Position numbers and translations under genes: made by a program
Source of the DNA: Chrysomallon squamiferum
Lineage: Eukaryota > Animalia > Mollusca
Length of the DNA: 64,000 bases
NCBI GenBank assembly: GCA_012295275.1
Contig: CM022665.1
Span: 40,424,001-40,488,000 of the forward strand
Direction of reading: 5' to 3'
Shown: positions 1 to 13,431 of the stretch, one piece after another
How the letters are laid out: the number at the start of each line of letters is the position of its first letter
How positions within the stretch are numbered: the stretch's first letter is position 1
Notes under the pieces: generated by a model
What the model saw: only the letters and a program-made list of their open reading frames with translations
The model's database searches: none
What the model was told of the DNA's origin: nothing

Positions 1-628
1 ATCCAGCTGTGACATGCGCGGAAAAATGGTCCCGCCTAGTAAGTGAAGGACGTTGCAAGCGAGAATCCGACAAGTGTTTTGTGACAAACGCTCATTCCTT
101 GCATTTCCCAGCTATGACAATGTTATGACAAATTTGTGGGTCTCGGTGAAGGGGAGCTGTCGCGTGAAAATGATTAATAATCACTGACAGTGTGGATGGA
201 TAGGTGAATGCGCTGACTAATGGAGGAGATTAAAAAAGGTATGAACGAACGAACGAACGAAACAGCAGATAGGATGAATGAAGAAAACGCAGGACTGATG
301 TATGAAAGAAAGAAAGAAACAAAGAAGGAAGGAAAATAGAACTTAGGAATGAAAGAAAGAAAAAAGAAAGAAGGAAGGAAGGAAGGAAAATAGAACTAAG
401 GAAAGAAAGAAAGAAATAATAAAGTTAGCGCAAATGAAAGACAGATGAACGAAGGAAAGAAAAAATTAAAGGAAAAGTGGGACGAAAGTATGAGAAAAAG
501 GAAACAAGGACGAAAGAAAGAAAGAAGGAATGAAATAACAAAGGAAGGGCAAATGAGAAAAACAGGAAAGAAGGATAAATGAATAAAAATAAAAATAAAA
601 GAAAGATGAAAGGAAAACAGAACAAATA

Positions 629-660
<32 letters not shown>

Positions 661-1051
661 GAAAGGTGGCATTAACGAACGAAGGAAACAAATTAAAGGA
701 AGTTGTGATGAGCTGATGAAAAAAAACCACACACAAAAAAAAGAAAAATAGTTGTATGCTCAAGCGACATCGGTGTTATCAAAACGAGTAATCAGTACGG
801 AAAAGAAACATTTAAGACTACAAAGGGCCGCACCCCAGTCCTCGAGATAATTTATTCTTGAAGAAAAAAAAAAAAAATTAAAAAAAAAAAGTCGGGATTA
901 AATAACCTAGCGTGACAGTGAAATGTAATCAAGTTACAAATGAAAAAGGGTTGAGATAAAATTTATACAATGCATACATATAATATTTATTTCATCGCAA
1001 TGCGGTTTTTACTGCCTTTTTCCACCGCCTATTTTGTAACATAATTAATTG

Positions 1052-1111
<60 letters not shown>

Positions 1112-1632
1112 ATTATAAATTATTAAAAAAAATAATTATATATATATATATATATTAAAAATAATTTTTTTTTTTTTTTTTTTTTAACCAACAGATGCCA
1201 GCAGAGCAGAATCAAAATCTAAATATAAAAAATAATGTAATAGCACTCTCGTCTGCAAAACAGTTTGCACTTTTCGAACCTTCGACAATAATACAACTCC
1301 ACGTGTTCATTAAAGCATGATTGAATATTAATTGTAGGTAAGAGATCAAGATAAGTTGTTTTAATGATCTGCTCGCTGACTAGAATAACGGCAAACCGAC
1401 GGGCTCCGGGGTTTCGACATCTGTTACGCACGGAAGAAAAAACAAAATGTAAATAATCACAGACGGAGTGTCACCTGTACGAAGGTAATTGTTAGGACAC
1501 AGGTAAGCTGCAATCACTTACAACAGGTAAATAAGAACACATTCCCCCGGGAATCAATAACTGGGAAGCGTACTATGGGTTCACTGGGGACAAGATTTTT
1601 GCATATGTTTACAAACATTTACAGCGATACCC

Positions 1633-1890
1633 AAATACACACTTTATTATTATTATTACTAACATTATTAGCATTATTATTATTAACATTATTATTATTA
1701 TTACGATTATTATTATTATTAATATTATTATTAACATTATTATTATTATTATTATTAACATTATTAGCATTATTATTATTATTATTACGATTATTATTAT
1801 TATTATTATTAATATTATTATTATCATTATTATTATTATTATTATTAACATTATTGTTATTAACATTATTATTATTATTATTATTATTAA

Positions 1891-1946
<56 letters not shown>

Positions 1947-1950
1947 TTAT
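1633..1950. repeat. Interrupted (TTA)n microsatellite
   Basis: TTA runs with recurring ACA/GCA/CGA/ATA interruptions. Source of the poly-Leu and poly-Ile ORFs. Confidence 0.9.
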
Positions 1951-2731
1951 TTAGTATAATGATACTTTTAAACTGTTTCCTGCAACGACGAAAACTAAGT
2001 ACTTGTGATTCTGATTTTTTTTCTTTATCATCAACATCATCATCATTATGAATATCATCATAATAATCATTATTGTCATTATTATCATCAGTATCATCAT
2101 CAAAATCATTATCATTAACATCAACGTCGCCGTCATCAGTATGTTCCTCACCATTATTTATTTATTTCGATAATTTCTACATATGTAAATAATAAATCAA
2201 AAGCAAAAAAAATAAAAAATAATAAATAATAAAAAAGAAAAAAGAAAGAAAGAAAGAAAGAAAAAACAGAAAGCAAAAACGAAAGAAAGAAAGAAAGAAA
2301 GGAAAAAAGAAAGAAAGAAAAGGTTTATTTATTTAATTTCGTTTTTATTGTATATAAATGCGTTTATAAAATAAACGTAACTAAGGAATATTTTTATCTG
2401 TTAGATCTTGACCTGTCAATAAAACCGTGGATTAGCAGACTTAAATCTTCTGCCCTTGGAAATACGATCTTAGGATCGTTTGGGATTGACTGCGTTACTA
2501 CTTATTGGGTTTCCAAAGCAATAACGCACGAAAAGTGGTCTGCTTTACTCATTTTTTGTCCTAAAAATCGATACTTGACACATTCCATTCATGTGCATCA
2601 TATTTTTACATTTAACTGCCATGCATAAAGCACAGCGTGTGATAAAATTAATTTGTTCTGCCAAACAATAGCGATGTACAATAATTTGTGACCACCATGA
2701 TTTTGACTGGGCGTATGCCTTCCTGATTGCG

Positions 2732-2767
2732 TGACGTAATGATTGACAGGCCTGCTCGTCGTATAAA
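2732..2767 (+). promoter_or_regulatory. Core promoter of the bZIP gene: CRE/ATF-type site plus TATA box
   Basis: TGACGTAA at 2732-2739 (overlapped upstream by ATTGCGTGA) and TATAAA at 2762-2767. These are followed by a short GC-richer segment ending in a GAG|GTATGT donor at 2836/2837, the putative non-coding exon 1. Confidence 0.6.
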
Positions 2768-3945
2768 CGAGGTTCGCAGACACGTTAGCAGCAGCCGACA
2801 GTTTGCAGCAGAAGTGCAGCAGAGGAAAAGATCGAGGTATGTCAAAAATAGGGTTATTTAAAACATGTTAAGTCTTATATATATAGTTGTTTTTTTGTTG
2901 TTGTTTTTTCTATGATCGTAATAGATGCAAAAGCAATGGAATGATTTTGCTTCATTATTTTGATATTTCGTACACAAATTTGCTAAAGACCGATCGATGA
3001 ATGACCTTTAAAGTTTTCATCTTACTTTTTAAAAGATAATGTGTTATAGGAATCTATCATTTAGCCTCGTTTTGTTTTATGAATAATGAAAGATGAGATA
3101 TTCACGTCAGTTTTAAAACTGTATTCGTGATGTACATTTCAAAAATCATACAATAACAACAATAAAAGGTTTACTATTAATGATGCAGTTATGACTGGTC
3201 CAATTTTGTTTATCTTTTATTAATCTTTTACATACAAACAGACTACTTCTTCTTTCTCTGGTATATATAACGTATGTTTCTGCTTATTATGAAAACTGTT
3301 CAATTTTTTTTTAGATATCAGTGACAGCCAATGACGTAATGAAAAATGTTAACATTGGTTTCTGCTGAGGGTGGGGGGTTAAATATTTCGTTCTGCTGCG
3401 GGTGGGGGGTTAAATATTTCTTCGTTATTACGATAATATTTTTAATTTGTTTTAATTTTTAAATTTATTATTATTGTTCTTATTATTATTATTACTATTA
3501 TTATTTTTTATTATTATTATTATTATCATTATTATGAAAGTTGATAAACATTTTCGATTGAGATGTATTTCAAAATTTGTTGGAAAACAAAACACAAGAC
3601 CAAACGAACAAGGTTTGAGGGTCAACTTTACGCTAAATTATAATCATGTTTCCTTTTTCTTTTTTCTTTTTCTTTTACGGAAAAACAAAAAACAAAAAAA
3701 CGAAAGAAATAAAAAAAAAAAATATATGCATAGTAGATATAATTTATAACGTTCCAATTTTTCAGTGATTGACAGTAAACCATAACTTTTTTGTTATGAT
3801 ACAAATGATTTTTCACCCAGACAGCACGATAATTCCGAACGAATGTCATTGAAATAACCTAACACATTTCTTTCGTCATCCCATTAAAAGGCCCATCCCT
3901 AATATTGATTTTTTTTCTTTAAATAAAACTTATGTAATTCAAAAA

Positions 3946-3980
<35 letters not shown>

Positions 3981-4410
3981 AAAGTAATTGATATAAACTA
4001 TAATTAATCCAAAGAAATCAATTTTAAAAAACTGAAAAATTAAAATTGAAAAAAAAAACGTTTTCCCTTAATCTCATGTTCGTAAATTCGTTTCTCGACA
4101 GCAGGGATTATAATTATTTGTCGTCTGCGCTTCGAGAGTCTTCCATGTCTGCACACATGTAAAACGCTGTAAGCAAACGGAAAAGTGATTTCGTACAAAA
4201 GGGTACACTTGCATAGAGCAATGGAAGGGAGACTACTCCGACTGTTCCGCAGACGTTTTCATTTTTTTTTTTTTCATTATTTATTTACTTATTTTGTATT
4301 ATTTACTTATAAATAATATAATATAATATAATATAATTTATTTTTTCTTTTCTTTCTCTATTACAGAATATATTTAATTACCTGAGTTACATTCCGATAC
4401 TTGCTACAGC

Positions 4411-4747
4411 ATGGAAGCTCTCAACGATATGGATATCACTATTTCTGACAGTCCATATTATCCACCCGACTCGAGACTGCTGGAAGCCGCCAGGAAGGCT
4501 GAGGAGACCAATCAAATCACGCCTATTTTGAAGGAGGAGTTACGTACTCGAATCATGCTCAAGAAACTAGAGCGTGGCGAACCTGCAATTAATACACAGG
4601 CCGATGAGCCCATTGACTATGAGGTTGGTACATGCTTTAACTTTTTCTTTTCTTATCATTACTTTTATTATCATTTTTTTTTTTTTTTTTTTTTTAATAA
4701 ACTGTACTTTAAAAAAAAAAAAATTTTTCAAGATTTTAATTTTAATA

Positions 4748-4791
<44 letters not shown>

Positions 4792-5094
4792 AACTTAATA
4801 AATAAACTGAAAAAGAAAAATTTGTAATAATGCAATTTAATAATTGAAACAAATTCAAGATTAATAATTTAATAAAAATAAAATAATAATAATAATAATA
4901 ATAATAATAGTAATAATAATAATAGTAATATTTATAATAATAATAATAACAATAATTAATTAATAAATAAACTGAAAAAGAATCATAGGATTTCTAATGT
5001 TAATATCAGGCACTTTAATTGCAATTTAAACAAACGTACGAATTCTAGAAAGACTGAGTCTACGAGCCCTGAAACAATCTAATAAAATAAAAAA

Positions 5095-5163
<69 letters not shown>

Positions 5164-5798
5164 AATAAATAAACTGAAAAGTATAACTATAAATAAATGT
5201 TGCTTTAAATGTGTAGTAATCCTAATATAGTAGTCCAGGAAAAAGTCACCATTTTACTCCCTTAAAATTTTATCCCTACAGTGTTAATATTATTTATTTA
5301 TTTATTTTGTAGCTTACATCAGAAGAAATAGAAAAAAAAGAGAGAAGACGACAGCAGAACAGAGAAGCTGCTAGACGCTATCGCATTCGCAAACGAAAGA
5401 TTAAGGAGAATGTCATGAAGGTTTGTTCAGTATTATCTTTATAACTTAAAACGTACATTGCTTTACTACTACCACAACCACTACAGCCTCATCTAGAATT
5501 ATTGCTGCACTACTCTACTGCTACTACAACAACATCCTCTATTGCTGCTGCAGTTATTACTGTTACAACTGTTGTTCGTGTGCTCAGTTATTATAATCAG
5601 TACTAATATCATTACAACCTCTTCTAATGGTAGTATAACTACTGGATTTGTTACTATTACTACTATAATTATTACTATTACTACTAGATTTATTACTATT
5701 GCTGCACAAATTATGACTATTACTCCTAGAATTGTTCATATTTTCATATTCTCCTAGATGTGTTCATATTTTCTGCTGTTTTTGTTGTTTGATCTGGA

Positions 5799-5858
<60 letters not shown>

Positions 5859-6097
5859 TACTACTACTACTATTAATACTGCTATTATTATTATTATTCT
5901 TATTATTCTTATTTTAGGAGCTTGAAGAGATGGAATCAAAAAGAGAGAAACTTGAAAACGAGGTTGCTGCTTTAAAAAGAGAAAAAATGGAACTCGAGTC
6001 CAAGCTGAGAAATCACACCCAGCTATGTTGTTGTCCTTTTGGCCCTGGCCTGCGTGGCTATTCATCTTTTCTGGAGAGGAGTCAGTCCAGGGTCTAA
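4411..6097 (+). CDS. ATF3: ATF3/JDP2/Fos-family bZIP transcription factor, 166 aa, 3 coding exons
   Basis: Exons 4411-4623, 5313-5420 and 5918-6097, joined by phase-0 GT-AG introns; upstream acceptor at 4366/4367. ITPILKEELR resembles the ATF3 KEELR motif. The 108-nt basic-region exon LTSEEIEKKERRRQQNREAARRYRIRKRKIKENVMK has the size of the Fos/ATF3 basic exon. The zipper ELEEMESKREKLENEVAALKREKMELESKLRNHTQLC ends in the family HxxxC motif. Exact orthology is uncertain; read the symbol as ATF3-like. Confidence 0.88.
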
Positions 6098-6278
6098 ATG
6101 CTAAACAATGCAAAGGCCAAGTTTTGTAAACTGACAGTCACATCGAACATTTTGAGATTTTACCAGTATTTACGATTACTGATGTTGTTCAATTTCCTCT
6201 TCTTGATTATTATTGTTGTTACACTTATAGTATTATTTGTCTTATTACTTTCATGATAATTGTTATTCATGATATTAC

Positions 6279-6332
<54 letters not shown>

Positions 6333-7562
6333 TTCGTTATTATTATTATTATTAGTTTTTGCAGAATTAGTTTGCAATATTATCTTTCACTTCTGTTTAT
6401 CTTTATCTTTATTTTTCACTTTTTTATTTTCATCTTACTGTTGTTTCTGTTATTATAATTATTATTATTAATTCAAGTTAACGCATTAGGGTACGTAATA
6501 TTATTTAATTATTTATTTCTGGGTGGTATTTACATTTATTATTATTATTATTATTAATATTTTTGTGTTTATTTATTTTTTAAGCTTTTTTATTGTTTTT
6601 TTTAAAAATTTATTTATTTATTTTATATTTATCTAAAAAAAAAAAAAAAAAAAATCAAATTGTACAAAATAAAATTCTTTGCATGAATGAAAGAAAATCA
6701 AAATATTTACATGCTGCATGATTATTTGTCATAGTTACTTGTTTTTGTTTGTGAATCACAAACAGTTATGTTTTCATAATAAAACCCAATGATTCAAACC
6801 ATACTGATTTTATTCTTATTATGTCATAATTTAATATGAGTAGACTGCAACATACAACAGCCTGCAACATACAAAAAAAAAAAAAACCCGAAAAAACAAG
6901 CAAGGAATAAAAAAAAATCCAAAACAATAACCCTCTCTTACTAAACATATATATATATATATATATATATAGAAGAAAAAAAGGAGGAGAGAGGCGAGAA
7001 CATATGACAAACCATATATCAGCAGACTGTTAAAATGTCCGTTTGTATCGATATCAGTTTAGCTGCGAAAAATCCCACCAAATAAAAAAAAAACAAAAAA
7101 AAAACCGAAGTATTATCTACCTGACATTAAGATAATAGATTTGTGATTAGTTATATTTAATTGTACGACAGTAATCAACAATTTATTTAGAACTATTTAT
7201 ATATTTATTTGACATCTATTTTCTCCGTCTTCATGTATTTCTGTCAGTTATAATTATCACTGCAAAGCTGTCTTATGAAATGTAAACTTCTACCCATTTT
7301 CTTTTTCTTTCCTTTGTTTTCATTCTAAACAGCAATAAATGTTTTTACAGTTTTATCTCCAAATTCATTTGTTTCATTGAAAAATGTATCAAAAGTATAT
7401 ATAAAATAAATAAATAAATAATATTAGTTAAAGCAAAAAATCAAGAAGAAAGCATGCATGGATATCTATAACAACAAAACAAATAAAAATAAATTAAAAT
7501 AAAATAAAAAATAAAAATTTCTGACGCTGTAAAGAAGGCAGCAAGCAATGTGTGTGTGTGTG

Positions 7563-7639
<77 letters not shown>

Positions 7640-8307
7640 AAATAAATAAAAACAAAACAAACAAATAAAAAAATAAACATTATAACGCCGTCTAAAAACA
7701 AAATAAACAAACAATAAAACCAAAACGACAGCGTACTTTTCAATAACAAATTAGTTCAAAGGTCAGTGAGCATTTGATTCGTAGTCGGTTTATTCTTTCT
7801 TCGTCAACTTCTGTCGGTTATAAATGTACTGGTAAAACCAGTTTAAAATCGAATAAATAGATATTTAATATTTAAACTTACTTCTATTTTATTTTATTTT
7901 ATTTTATTTTATTTTAAACGTAAGTGTGTAGATTACTTTAGTAATTTCATGGATCATTACCACTCATATATTCTGCAGAAACATTCATGAAAGTGGATTA
8001 ATTTAATCACTATTGTAATTCTTGTCTTGACAACAGATGTCTCTGAGTAACAGTTATAAAGAAAGAGTTATTTTTCTGCGTTCCGGTATCTCATTCACAG
8101 AACGGCAGCAGTCGGGGATTTCCGTCAGACCCAAACAACCAATCACAGCTGAGTTCTGAAGCATCTGGCATTCTTCATGAATGAGTGGATTTCGGATCGA
8201 TATCGTGACAAATAGGACGCAAATTGTTGTTCGTCTTGCTATTCAAAACTGAATATATTTTATTCACTAATTAAAACATAATCATCATCACCGGCTATAA
8301 AACAACA

Positions 8308-8744
8308 GGGTAGAGTTCGGTAAAAGGCTCTCCTTAAGAAAAATATTATATATTTCACACCACATTTAACAACTGTTCCCCCTTTTGAGCAATAAATATA
8401 ATTCATGCAAAAAGGAATCGAATTAGTGCATTTGTGTTATTAAATCAATATAATAAAACACTCACATTCATTAAAGAATAATATCTTGTAATGGGGCTAT
8501 TTATGCGAGGTCTGGGGCAGACATTCTTTAACCTAAAACATGAATTAAAAATATTATACGAATTTGTCCAAAATTCGAAATTTCATAAAATACATGAGTT
8601 AGAAGTAAAGCTTCGGTGTATAGGAGGAATGTAAGACGTCAGTCGAAACTTATTGTGTAGCTTCTGGTTTCAGTTCACATGTCGTCTTTGCTACAAATCC
8701 AGTGAGCGTTTTACCCCAAGGGGACCTTTTACCCAAATCTACCC
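8308..8744. mobile_element. Non-autonomous TIR DNA element (MITE), ~440 bp
   Basis: Left end GGGTAGAGTTCGGTAAAAGG (8308-8327) matches the reverse complement of 8725-8744, GGGTAGATTTGGGTAAAAGG, at 18/20. No coding capacity seen inside. Confidence 0.7.
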
Positions 8745-8830
8745 CATTTGTTAGTACTGGTAGTGACAGTAATGAAAAGAGATCCAATTACAATTGTTAT
8801 TACTACTACTGGTACTTATACTAAAACGTA

Positions 8831-8876
<46 letters not shown>

Positions 8877-8906
8877 GGATAATAAATAAAGAAATAAAAA
8901 CACTGT

Positions 8907-9209
8907 TTATGGAGAATAACTAAAACCACTTGTGTAACGAAATGATGATTTTTTTGAATCGATGATAAACACAACTCCAGTGACTGTATACAGCACACCA
9001 GCGACCACCTCCAAGTAAAACGACGACAGCAGATTGTTCTGATTGGACGATGCGAATATAATCACACCAATAAACGTGAACAAACCTGAAACATTGAAAC
9101 TTTTTAATACATTAAATTGTTGCAGTTTGTGTTGTTCTCGATGATGATGATGATGATGATACTGATGCTGATGTTGTTGTTGTTAATAATGATGATGTTT
9201 TGTTCATTA

Positions 9210-9272
<63 letters not shown>

Positions 9273-9292
9273 CAGACTGATAGACTTCATAC

Positions 9293-9371
<79 letters not shown>

Positions 9372-9613
9372 CAAACACTTACAGACACACATATACAAGT
9401 ACTTACATTTAGACACACAGACATACACATGTACATACAGACAGACAAACAACAATTACCTGTGGCAAAATAAGAATTCTGACAGTAATCTTCACGTTTC
9501 TATTTGAAAGTGACTCCACAAACACTAAAAAAACCCAGCCAGAGCAAGACCAGCCAAACCCAGAAGAAAGTCAATGATTACCATAGCAGCTGTAGTTTTA
9601 CATTTATTTTATT
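8907..9613 (-). pseudogene. Claudin/PMP22-like copy A: disabled exon 2, intact exon 3, no clear exon 1
   Basis: Exon 2 homologue 9613-9460 is 154 nt (153 in paralogs), with an in-frame TAA at its first full codon and two frameshifts, but KTTAAMVII..LLGLA..VFVESL..VKI is still readable. Exon 3 at 9085-8907 is open: GLFTFIGVIIFASSNQNNLLSSFYLEVVAGVLYTVTGVVFIIDSKKSSFRYTSGFSYSP*. Confidence 0.8.
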
Positions 9614-11079
9614 CTAAAATTAAAATAAAATAAGTGTCTTTTGGCAGTGACAGAGACTAAAGAAAAAAGATCGTGTAACATCTCTTTTTAATACCATTAT
9701 TCTTTAAAAAAAACTATGTGAGTGTTTGTCTGTGTGAGTGTGTGTGGGTCGGTGGGGATGTTGGTGTTGGTGGGTGAGCGTGTGTGCGTGCGTCCATTTT
9801 TATAAAATGTTATTAAAAGAATATTTTATTATTTTATTATAATTATTATTATTTATTTATTTATTTATTTATTATTAATATTATTATTATTATTATTGGT
9901 AATATTGTGGTTTTCTTAAAAAGAAAGGAATATATATATGTATATACATATATTCCTCTTTTTTTTTAAAAACATAACAATATTAATAACAATAATAAAT
10001 AAATAAAACAATAATAAAAAATATGAACAACAAATTAGGCTAGATGACAATATCATTTTATGTAAATAATTTATTATGTCAGATTTCACTGTCAGTTCAA
10101 ATTAAAATTGTATAAAATCATCTAAACATAGGAACAACCTTTTCCAACCAGATAAATATTATACTATGGACGTGATCCACTTAGAACAAGTTAGTACAGT
10201 ACTTCTTTTTGGAGAGTTTCAGATCCGGAATCATTTGAACAAGTCAAGAGACAACTTTTAAAAATATACGTAAACACCACTAAATACATCTCGACATTAA
10301 AAAATAATAATATATTTTTTTATTTTTTTTTTTTTAATTGAAAATCTCAGCCAACATTAAGTATTAATCTGTTCTGGTGTTGGGTGGTATTATTGTTGTT
10401 GTTGTTGATGTTATTATAATCATTGGTATTACTATTTTCTGCTTTCTTTTTCTCACATCGTAATTATACAAAAAACAAACAAAAATCGTTAGTATGCGTA
10501 CACACACACATACACACACACGTATTGGTGTATGTTGTTGCGGAGTGTGTTAAATTATCAAGCGGTAATCATTACAACAAATCTGGTAAGGCTGAGTTCA
10601 TGACGAAAACATTTTTTCCCCGTTTATTAATGTAAGAAATGTCAACACATTTTAGTATTATATCTTCCAATAAATAAATTTTATATACATAAAGATAACT
10701 CCCTGGAAATGCCAGTATAATAATATTTCGATTTAAAGAATATTTCCGGCTGTCACAAACACAAAACTGTAAAACATTTTTTTCTTTTTCTGCTCTGGAT
10801 ACTCGAGTTATGTCGAAGATCCATTCCTACGGACCAACGTAAGTTAATTTTCGATGCAAGTCGGAATTACCATAGCGTAGGTCACTTTCCTATTCTAAAA
10901 CACCCTAACGTCATACGTATACATGAAGAATGAGAATTAGGCCATGGTCTGACTTATGTTTGGAAACCATGCACAAGGGTAAAAAGTCACAAAAAAACAA
11001 AACAACACAAACACAAAAATGAGAGAGCGGATGTATACGGAGCACGCGGTACCCATAGAGCGTATGCTAGTAGTAGTAC

Positions 11080-11147
<68 letters not shown>

Positions 11148-11148
11148 A

Positions 11149-11222
<74 letters not shown>

Positions 11223-11230
11223 TGTACTAC

Positions 11231-11262
<32 letters not shown>

Positions 11263-11289
11263 ATAGTAGTAGTAGTAATAATAATATTG

Positions 11290-12957
11290 TTGTTGTTGAT
11301 GTTTGTTTTTCTTATCAGCTACCGATAATTTTGTAAGTAAACTTTCTTGATAAGCAGGACCGCATATACCACAGATTTTTGAATACAGGTCACGTGTTTA
11401 ACTGGGAACAGAAATTTACAAATATACAATAAGTAATATTATTACTAGTAATATTCATAGAAATAGTACCAATAGCAATAGTAGTAGTTGTAGAAATAGT
11501 GGTCGTAGTAGTGATAGTGGTGGTCGTTGTCCTGGACGAGGTAGCAGTAGTAGTAGTAGTAATAATAGTATTAGTAGTAGTAGTAGTTGTAGAAATAGTA
11601 GTAGTAGCAGTAGCAGTAGTAGTAGTAATAGTAACAGAGTGCTAATAGTAAGTGTAGTAGTAGTAGTAGCAGCAGTAGTAGTGGTGGTTGTTGCTGTGTT
11701 GTCGTTGTTGCTCCCGTAGATCCCCTAGCAAAATGGGAAATGCTTAACAACAGAAAAACAGATTAACAGATTGACTCAATTTTTATTCAGTGTGATGTTT
11801 TTACGGTAGAACTTGATTTATAAACATAGGTATATTAACAACTGTGCGTCTTTCCATCTCGACATGTTTTTATGCTAACGTCAAACGTGTCATGTAAAAT
11901 AAATATTTGTGCGTGCTGTTCCGTATGCGTTACCATTTGTGCATGTGTCTATCCAGGTACATATATATATGTATATTTTTTTTATTATTATTTTTTTTTT
12001 TTTTTTTCTCATGGAGAAATTTAAAAACAACAAACAACAACAAACATAAATCCACCTCCGAAACAATATGTTCACATAATTTGTCTCAGTTTTCTTGACT
12101 ACCTTGTCTCTTTTATTATTTGTCGTTTATTGCACTGATAAGCAACACAAGAGATGTGCTTATAAACAGCAGTCCACTGATGATTTCTATGAAGAAAGAC
12201 CAGCCTAAATTAGCGTCATATTTTACTCCATACAGGATAACTCCAGTCATCACAAGAACAGCTGAAAATATACAGAAAAAAAAAAAAAAAAAAAAAAAAC
12301 TCACATAGTTATCATTAATCTGTGGTAAAATACAGATCATACAGTGACCATACATTAAATGTAGTAATACATACGTCTTAATACAGCTCTGTGCAAAATC
12401 TGTATTATGTTCATTAAAATATAGTCACATAGGTGAGTATATAATGTATAACCTAGGCATTTCAAGTGTTGTTGGGTTTGGTTTAATTTGTTTTTACTAT
12501 TTATTTATTTGTTTGTTTGTTTGTTTTAATTTCATTTTTATTATTTTTTGCTCTTTTTCTTATTGCTGTTGTTTACTTGAAACCAACTTGTGTTAATAAT
12601 AAAGTATAATTTTATCTCAGTACTAATAGTCATGACAGTAGTATTAATTGTAGTAGTGGTAGTAGTAGTAATAGTACTAGTAGTAGTTGAAGTAGCAATG
12701 GTAGTAATAGTGATAATAGTAGTAATAATAGTAACAATGGTAGTAGTAATTATAGCAGCAGTAGTATTGGATAGTATATTAGCTTCACAAGTATTTAAAG
12801 TAAAAGTAATGGCAGTAACAGTACTAAAGTGATAGACAAAGTGGTAATAGTACTAGTAATGATAGCGGAATGATGATAATAGAAGCAGTAGTACTGGTGA
12901 AGGTGGTGGTTCTAGTAGTATTAGTAATAATAATAGGAGGAGTAGTAATAGAAGTAA

Positions 12958-12992
<35 letters not shown>

Positions 12993-13038
12993 ATAGTAGT
13001 AATAGTAGTAGTAGTAGTAGTAGTAGTAGTTGTTGTAC

Positions 13039-13082
<44 letters not shown>

Positions 13083-13390
13083 ATAGTAGTAGTAGTAGTA
13101 ATAATAATACTGTTGTTGTTGATGTTTGTTTTTCTTATCAGCTACCGATAATTTTGTAAGCAAACTTTCTTGATAAGCAGGACCGCATATACCACAGATT
13201 TTTGAATACAGGTCACGTGTTTAACTGGGAACAGAAATTTACAAATATACAACAAGTAATATTATTAGTAGTAATATTATTACTAGTAATATTCATAGAA
13301 ATAGTACCAATAGCAATAGTAGTAGTTGTAGAAGTAGTAGTCGTAGTAGTGATAGTGGTGGTTGGTTTCCTGGACGAGGTAGCAGTAGCT

Positions 13391-13431
<41 letters not shown>

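Noticed and set aside
425-2154. Long poly-Leu/Ile/Phe ORFs
   Set aside because: Translations of GAAA, TTA and ATC microsatellites, with no exon structure or protein motif.
10200-10390. Possible remnant of copy A exon 1 (minus-strand IFKSCLLTC-like and PTP-like bits)
   Set aside because: Too short and degenerate to tell from chance without an alignment.
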